A stretch of DNA of 63,022 nucleotides, counting the filler, from an uncultured Methanosarcinales archaeon (lineage in GTDB: Archaea > Nanobdellota > Nanobdellia > Woesearchaeales > CAZPJY01): NCBI GenBank assembly GCA_964587045.1. It is 3 parts of 3 records of this genome, joined end to end, with 100 filler letters (N's around TTAATTAATTAA, not from the genome) between each part and the next. Parts side by side here need not be neighbours in the genome. Positions count along the whole stretch, not along the records: positions 29,594 to 58,732 come from CAZPJY010000024.1; positions 58,833 to 63,022 come from CAZPJY010000048.1; 1 more part is not named here. One strand, 5' to 3'. This document shows, in pieces, positions 57,278-63,022 of this stretch (its first letter is position 1; the number at the start of each line of letters is the position of its first letter). The translations under genes were made by a program, and so were the position numbers. Below the pieces are notes generated by a model, which worked only from the letters and a program-made list of their open reading frames with translations, ran no database searches and had not been told where the DNA came from.

Positions 57278-58144
57278 TCATTTCTTGCTGATTATGTCAG
57301 CAATCAGACCGAAGAAAAATATCTGGATGGAGAGCACGAACAGCCCGACAGCCAGGTTACCCAGATGCTGGTCTGCTGTCACCATCAGGTCCCTCACTCC
57401 CCGAAGGACCGCAATAATCAGCACCAGGACGGAGAGCGGGATGAACGTCCTCATTGGATTGAAGTAGAGGCTGAGCCGGAACAGCAGGGTGAAGAACCTC
57501 AAGGTGTCCTTGAGGGGATGTATGCCAGACTTGCCCTCCCTCTTGTTGTAGTTGATGGGTATAAAGAGCGTCTCGTAGCCCTTGGTCGCGCATATCATGG
57601 TCAGGGTCGATGTGAATGAGAACCTTTGAGGGAACAGGTTCCAGTACCTCATTACAATCTCTTTTTTGAAGACCCTGAGTCCGGAGTTGAGGTCAGGTAT
57701 CCTCTGCCCGGCCAGGTAGGAGCTGAAGCGGTTCAGGATGTGCTTCACCGGCCTTCGGAGCAACGGGATCGACACCTTCCTCCCAATCCTTGCACCCACC
57801 ACCATGTCATGGCCGGGCCTCCTGTCGAGGAGCGTGCCCATCATCCTTATAGGGTATGTGCCGTCGGAGTCGGTAATCATGATCCAGTCGGATTTGGATT
57901 CCCTGATGCCAGTCTTGAGGGAGGCGCCATACCCCTTATTGGTCCTGTGGTGGATTACCCTTGTGAGGGATTTCTCTGCAAGCTTGTCGAGAATGCCTCC
58001 GCTTCCGTCCTCGGACCCGTCGTCTACGCAGATCAGCTCGAACTCCCTTCCCTTGAGGGCATCATTGATGCTGAGAACTGTCTTCTCAATCGACCTCCTC
58101 TCGTTGTAGACAGGCACTACAATAGTTACTGATGGGTTTGCCAT
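57278..58144 (-). CDS. GT2 glycosyltransferase (DPM1-like)
   Basis: VPVYNE, VDDGSED, NKGYG, DSDG; two C-terminal TMs. Confidence 0.92.
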   Translation of the reverse strand: MANPSVTIVVPVYNERRSIEKTVLSINDALKGREFELICVDDGSEDGSGGILDKLAEKSLTRVIHHRTNKGYGASLKTGIRESKSDWIMITDSDGTYPIRMMGTLLDRRPGHDMVVGARIGRKVSIPLLRRPVKHILNRFSSYLAGQRIPDLNSGLRVFKKEIVMRYWNLFPQRFSFTSTLTMICATKGYETLFIPINYNKREGKSGIHPLKDTLRFFTLLFRLSLYFNPMRTFIPLSVLVLIIAVLRGVRDLMVTADQHLGNLAVGLFVLSIQIFFFGLIADIISKK

Positions 58145-58221
58145 TTAAATGCAAGCAAAATGGGCACTATTTATATGGTTTTCCCAGAAGAATAATAAAT
58201 CCGGGGGAATTCCCAGAATGC

Positions 58222-58623
58222 ATGAAAGCGATAGCCCAGGGGGCAGAGGCGGTAATCTACGAGGATGCCAAGACGATAATCAAGGACAGGGTGCCAAAGA
58301 GGTACAGGCACCAAGAGATAGACTCCAGGCTGCGAAGGTTTAGGACGCGCAGGGAAGCAAAGGTCATAGGCACCATGCGCGAGATAGGCATCGCCGCCCC
58401 ACAGCTGCTCGGGGCAGATGACAAAGGCATGAGGATAACCATGTCCAAGATTGAAGGCCCGAAGCTCCGCGACGCCTTGAGCAGGACCAACTACAGGAAA
58501 CTGTGCAGGGAGGTAGGTTCAGCTGTGGCGAGGATGCATGAAAACGGAGTCATCCACGGCGACCTGACCACGAGCAACATGATCCTCTCTGAGGGCAAGG
58601 TATTCTTCATCGATTTCGGGCTG
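58222..58623 (+). CDS. bud32: KEOPS kinase Bud32, truncated after DFGL
   Basis: QGAEA, KRYRH, RTRREA, HGDLTTSN, IDFGL; unrelated sequence follows. Confidence 0.88.
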
Positions 58624-58732
58624 GTCTATCCATCCCGTCGACTCGCCCGTGATGATAATGCGATTAGGCTTGTCGATAGAGCGAGATACTGAGAGTCTCT
58701 TGCCAGCCAGAGAGATCTCAAGTGAGCAGATC

Positions 58733-58832
58733 NNNNNNNNNNNNNNNNNNNNNNNNNNNNNNNNNNNNNNNNNNNNTTAATTAATTAANNNNNNNNNNNN
58801 NNNNNNNNNNNNNNNNNNNNNNNNNNNNNNNN
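58733..58832. other. Artificial contig linker
   Basis: Same 100-nt N/TTAATTAATTAA spacer. Confidence 0.97.
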
Positions 58833-58931
58833 ACCCTCGCGTTCTCCTACGTGGTCGGGACAATCTCAGGCATCATGCCTGCGAGGCAGGCGTCGAGCCT
58901 CAAGCCTGTTGATTCACTCCGCTATGAGTAA
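58833..58931 (+). CDS. 3' end of MacB-family ABC permease, partial
   Basis: GIMPARQASSLKPVDSLRYE*. Confidence 0.85.
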   Translation, partial: TLAFSYVVGTISGIMPARQASSLKPVDSLRYE

Positions 58932-58966
58932 TAAAAAATATATACTGAACCAGCTTCCCCCTTCAT

Positions 58967-59773
58967 ATGCCATTGCTGCACAGACCAAAAGTCGGACTAG
59001 CGCTTTCGAGCGGCTCTGCCAGGGGGCTTGCCCACATAGGCGTTTTAAAATGCCTTCTCTCGCACAATATCCCCGTTGATATGATAGCAGGCACCAGCAT
59101 GGGCTCGTTCATAGGCGCAGCTTACGCTCTCGGGAGGCTTGACCAGGTTGAGGCAAAGGCCAAATCCATCGACATGAAGACTCTCACACGGCTCGTAGAT
59201 CCGATAATACCCCGCGAAGGGCTCATCAAGGGGGAGAAGGTAAAACAGCTGTTCTATGACATCCTTGGCGACGCTAAGTTCTCCGACCTCGACATTCCGT
59301 TGGCAGTGGTGACGACCGACCTCTCCCAAGGCAGGGAAAAGGTGATAACCGAAGGAAAAATAATTGATGCCGTTCGTGCGAGCATTTCCATCCCCAACCT
59401 CTTCTTGCCTGTCATATCCGGCGATTCCATCCTGGTCGATGGGGGAATCACTAACCCCCTGCCTGTCAGCGTGCTCCTTGACATGGGCGCCGATGTGACA
59501 ATCGGGGTGGATGTGATATCAAGGAGCAAGCTCACCTTGAGCGTTCATGAGCACAGGAACCTATTCAACATCGCTATGGTGTCAGTGGGAATCATGGAAA
59601 AGGAGGTTATGGAGAAGCGCTTGATAACCAACCATCCAGACATCCGCATATCGCCAAAGATCAGTGACCTCAACCATGTCGATTTCCATAAGGCTGACAC
59701 ATTCATAAAACAGGGGATCGACGCTACTGAGGAGAAGATCCAGCAGATAAAGAGGCTCTTGGGAAATCCTTAA
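58967..59773 (+). CDS. Patatin-like phospholipase (RssA-like)
   Basis: SSGSARGLAHIG, GTSMG, ASIS.P, VDGG. Confidence 0.92.
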   Translation: MPLLHRPKVGLALSSGSARGLAHIGVLKCLLSHNIPVDMIAGTSMGSFIGAAYALGRLDQVEAKAKSIDMKTLTRLVDPIIPREGLIKGEKVKQLFYDILGDAKFSDLDIPLAVVTTDLSQGREKVITEGKIIDAVRASISIPNLFLPVISGDSILVDGGITNPLPVSVLLDMGADVTIGVDVISRSKLTLSVHEHRNLFNIAMVSVGIMEKEVMEKRLITNHPDIRISPKISDLNHVDFHKADTFIKQGIDATEEKIQQIKRLLGNP

Positions 59774-59798
59774 ATATTATGGCTGTTAAGACCGTAAG

Positions 59799-60263
59799 AT
59801 GGCAGAATTCACAGTAAAGAACCTCGAACCGGGGGTCAATCTCTACATCGCGAGGAAGAACATTGGTAACGCTAGCTTTGGCCCATCGTATAAGGTGACC
59901 ATAGCGCTCTTCGAACGCATGTTCCTCGATGGGATGGCCTCTACCATATACGACCTGATCCATTCTGGTGAGATAAGTAGGAACAATTTCGTAAAGAAGG
60001 ACTTCTACTGGTTCATCGACAAGAAGATGGCTTCCAAGTTCGACAAGTACGATCCCAGCTTCAGGGACCTGATACTGTCAGGATACCAGGTGTCTGGCAG
60101 TGCGATAACTGATGCCAGGAATTTCTATCGTAAGCTCGTCAATTCTGATTTTGAGAACACGGAAGGTTTTTTCGAAAAGGTTTTTTGCGGTTCCGTCAAG
60201 CCGGCAAGGGCGAGCGACGCACTTGAGCTCATCCTCACGAACAAGCCGATTGACAGCAACTAG
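59799..60263 (+). CDS. Hypothetical protein
   Basis: 154-aa ORF with TTAAATA upstream. Confidence 0.6.
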   Translation: MAEFTVKNLEPGVNLYIARKNIGNASFGPSYKVTIALFERMFLDGMASTIYDLIHSGEISRNNFVKKDFYWFIDKKMASKFDKYDPSFRDLILSGYQVSGSAITDARNFYRKLVNSDFENTEGFFEKVFCGSVKPARASDALELILTNKPIDSN

Positions 60264-61537
60264 TACGACCTCAAGTGGAACTTGGTGAAGCCGGCGTCAA
60301 GGAATCTCTTGTTGACCTCAATCTTGAGCACGTTGTCCCAAATCATCTTCAGGGCGTCGATGTGGTCGTCCAGGTCCTTGATGCCCTTCTTGTAATTGGC
60401 AAGGTTCTCCCTTCCGATATACTCCTGCATTGGGATGGAGGCACCTGCTATGCCCACGTGCCCCAGGATATCGTGGCTCCTGCCGCCCCCGTAGGAGATC
60501 TTGTTGCCGTCCTCTCCATTCTTGTAGAAGAGGTCATGGAAGAGCTCCTCGATCTTTATCTCGTTGTTGTTCTCTGTCCTTCCGGAGGCATCCAGGTCGA
60601 CGTAATAGATCTTGTCTGCGATGGTCTCATAGGTCAGACCGAACACTATTACTGTGTTGATCGAAGAGTAGAAACTCTTGGTTACCAGCTTAAGCATCTC
60701 GTGGGAAACGTAGGAGTATATGCCGTTGTCGGGAACGACGCCTAGCCCGATGATCGCCACATTCTTGTCGTACTTGTCGACGTCCCCGCTGGTGGCGAAT
60801 CCCAGGGCGCTCATCCAGTGGAAAGGGGCCTTCAGCTGGCTGATGCGTTCGATGTCCTCCTTGCTCGCGTCTGTAAGATGATGTTCAAGGTAGTCTAGGG
60901 CGAACTGGTCGATGTCATTGAGCTGAGACAGGTCCTGGGTGTCAGTCTGTAGGCCGCGGTATGCGGCAGCGAGTATGCCCTGATGGTCATCCTTGAAGGG
61001 GATGCCGAGCCTGTCAATCAGGGAGGTGAGGATCGAAACGGTTGACCCAGCATTTTCCAATACGATGCCGTTGTCCCCGTTGCCGTTCTTGTGATGGTCT
61101 ATTGTGAAGATGTTCTTCTTCCCGTCATGGTAGGACGGATTTTCCAGGACCGATGAGAAGTTGTTGACGTTCTCGTAGCAGGATGTGTCAATAAGCATCG
61201 CACCTGCTGATGACTCGATCATGCCTGGAAGGTCCTCCACCAGCTCTTGTCTTTGAAGCAGTCCTTTTGGCAGGAAATTGGCGTCAATATGCCTGTTCTC
61301 CAGGTATGCCATCCTCTTTGAGTACAAACAGGAGAAACTTCTACCATAATGGTCCATTATTATGCTCATCAGGCCTGCTGATCCTTCTGCGTCTGGGTCC
61401 GGCCGGTTATGCGTCCAACCTAGCACGCTTTCGCCCTGCAGTCCTCCGATGAAGTCCTGGAATTTCTCGACGTAGTCTCCAGATAGCATCTTTCCTCTAT
61501 AAACCCGTAATTTTTCGGTTCTTTTAAACGTTTTCAT
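60260..61537 (-). CDS. DHH-family phosphoesterase, divergent
   Basis: THNRPDPDA, LIDT, IDHH, TDT, SGR, GGGR. Confidence 0.82.
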   Translation of the reverse strand: MKTFKRTEKLRVYRGKMLSGDYVEKFQDFIGGLQGESVLGWTHNRPDPDAEGSAGLMSIIMDHYGRSFSCLYSKRMAYLENRHIDANFLPKGLLQRQELVEDLPGMIESSAGAMLIDTSCYENVNNFSSVLENPSYHDGKKNIFTIDHHKNGNGDNGIVLENAGSTVSILTSLIDRLGIPFKDDHQGILAAAYRGLQTDTQDLSQLNDIDQFALDYLEHHLTDASKEDIERISQLKAPFHWMSALGFATSGDVDKYDKNVAIIGLGVVPDNGIYSYVSHEMLKLVTKSFYSSINTVIVFGLTYETIADKIYYVDLDASGRTENNNEIKIEELFHDLFYKNGEDGNKISYGGGRSHDILGHVGIAGASIPMQEYIGRENLANYKKGIKDLDDHIDALKMIWDNVLKIEVNKRFLDAGFTKFHLRSY

Positions 61538-61845
61538 ATAAACTTAGAGCAGGTAAATAGTGAAGGTTTGTGATTTCACGGCATTCCCGCGTTTTTCGAG
61601 CCCCGCCCCAAATGGGAAAAAATCAAAGGAAATTGCATATCTTTTGGAGGTATTTCAAGCCTTTTTTTCCAAAATAAGCCACATTTTACCTTCTTTGTCT
61701 TTTCCACCTAATATATTGTTCCTTTTCACAAAACAAAGGCATAATATCACGCAAACCTGCAAATAATGTAAATTAGCCTGCAAGCATGAGTGACCTGAAC
61801 TTTAAAGGATAATTTAAAATAGGAATGACCTTTAATCTGCTAACT

Positions 61846-62367
61846 ATGGGGGTAGACCTTAACGCGTTCCACAAGCTCACCTATGGGCTTTATCTAATAA
61901 CATCTGTCAAGGGGGAGGCCAAGAACGGCATGACAGCGACAGCAGCTTTCCAGGTTACCTCTGAGCCCGCAAGAATCGCTGTTGCAATCAACAAGGGGAA
62001 TCTCACTCACGATTTCGTGGAGGCAAGCGGCCTCATAGGAATATCTGTCCTGGAGAAGGAGACTCCTTTCCCCTACATTGGGAGATTCGGCTTCCAGTCT
62101 GGGAGGGACACCGACAAGTTTGCTGGCATACAGTATGATACTGGCGAGACGGGTGTCCCCCTACCGACAGAGCACACGATCGCCGTTTTCGAGCTCAAGG
62201 TTAGGGACAGCTTGGATGTCGGCACCCACACCCTGTTCATTGGGGACCTGATCGCATCGAGAAAGCTTAGTGATGCCGAACCCATGACTTACTCATACTA
62301 CCATGTGATCAAAGGCGGGAAGTCTCCGAAAAGGGCGCCCACTTATATAGCGGAGGGAGGTGAATAA
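61846..62367 (+). CDS. Flavin reductase-family protein
   Basis: [30 protein letters not shown]. Confidence 0.9.
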   Translation: MGVDLNAFHKLTYGLYLITSVKGEAKNGMTATAAFQVTSEPARIAVAINKGNLTHDFVEASGLIGISVLEKETPFPYIGRFGFQSGRDTDKFAGIQYDTGETGVPLPTEHTIAVFELKVRDSLDVGTHTLFIGDLIASRKLSDAEPMTYSYYHVIKGGKSPKRAPTYIAEGGE

Positions 62368-62369
62368 TC

Positions 62370-62528
62370 TTGGACAAATATGTTTGTGGTGTTTGCGGAT
62401 ACGTATATGACCCTGAGCTCGGCGACCCTGAGGGTGGAATCAAGCCCGGGACACCTTTTCAAGATTTACCCGAAGACTGGGTTTGTCCGGTCTGCGGAGC
62501 AGCGAAGGAGGAGTTTTCTAAGCAATGA
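62370..62528 (+). CDS. Rubredoxin, not in ORF track
   Basis: TTG start after [20 protein letters not shown]...[11 protein letters not shown]. Confidence 0.93.
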   Translation: MDKYVCGVCGYVYDPELGDPEGGIKPGTPFQDLPEDWVCPVCGAAKEEFSKQ

Positions 62529-63022
62529 TAGCAAGGGAGATAAGACCTGGCGTCTTTGAGGTAGGGGCAAAGGACTGGACTAGGACCACGTTCGACGCGC
62601 TGATACCGCTCCCCAGCGGGACGAGCTACAATTCGTACCTGGTGCAGGGGACCGACAAGACAGCTTTGATAGACACGGTCGATCCTGAGAAATGGGAGGT
62701 CCTGGAAAAAAACCTTGAAGGGTTCACGATTGATTTCGTCATATCCAACCACGCAGAGCAGGACCATTCGGGAAGCCTTCCCAAGGTGCTAGCCAAATTC
62801 CCTGATGCGAAGATTGTGACGAACGAGAAGTGCAAAAACATGCTGATCGACCTGGTTGGGATAGGCGTCGACAGGTTCATCACCATCCAGGATGGGGAAA
62901 CCCTCGACTTGGGGGGAAAGACCCTTGAGTTCATCTTCATGCCTTGGGTGCATTGGCCCGAGACCATGGCAACCTACCTTCGCGAGGATAAGATACTGTT
63001 CTCCTGCGACCTGTTCGGAGCC
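62525..63022 (+). CDS. fprA: Flavodiiron protein (FprA), 3' partial
   Basis: [35 protein letters not shown]. Confidence 0.92.
   Translation, partial: MIAREIRPGVFEVGAKDWTRTTFDALIPLPSGTSYNSYLVQGTDKTALIDTVDPEKWEVLEKNLEGFTIDFVISNHAEQDHSGSLPKVLAKFPDAKIVTNEKCKNMLIDLVGIGVDRFITIQDGETLDLGGKTLEFIFMPWVHWPETMATYLREDKILFSCDLFGA

Noticed and set aside
61846..62367. Protein ending in GGE as a Pup candidate
   Set aside because: It is a folded flavin reductase; GGE is encoded by the GGAGGTGA RBS of rubredoxin and lies on another contig

Overview
This is an archaeal window, most consistent with a DPANN/Woesearchaeota-like lineage. That call is inference, from TATA boxes about 25 nt ahead of leaderless ATGs, GAGGTGA ribosome-binding sites, Bud32, Lrp and a COG1361 S-layer protein. 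It is three contigs joined by artificial 100-nt N/TTAATTAATTAA linkers (29494-29593, 58733-58832), so adjacency across the gaps is not evidence. Contig 1 carries CopA, a Fur/PerR-led oxidative-stress operon, a radical SAM enzyme, a MacB-type ABC/S-layer module and a Na+/K+-ATPase-like P2C pump. It ends in the most striking locus: a tightly coupled 10-gene minus-strand operon (23907-29493) with two Pup-ligase/depupylase (PafA/Dop) homologs, helical unknowns, a membrane-anchored protein, a 37-aa zinc finger and three tandem paralogous small proteins, with no recognisable Pup, ARC or proteasome gene. Contig 2 carries a tyrosine recombinase followed by accessory genes, a probable metal-response module, an SxtI/J/K-like trio, a large pseudaminic-acid-type surface glycan cluster and a truncated Bud32. 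Contig 3 carries patatin, a DHH protein and flavin reductase-rubredoxin-flavodiiron protein. No rRNA, tRNA or CRISPR array was recognised. All family calls come from motif recognition by eye; no database search was run.
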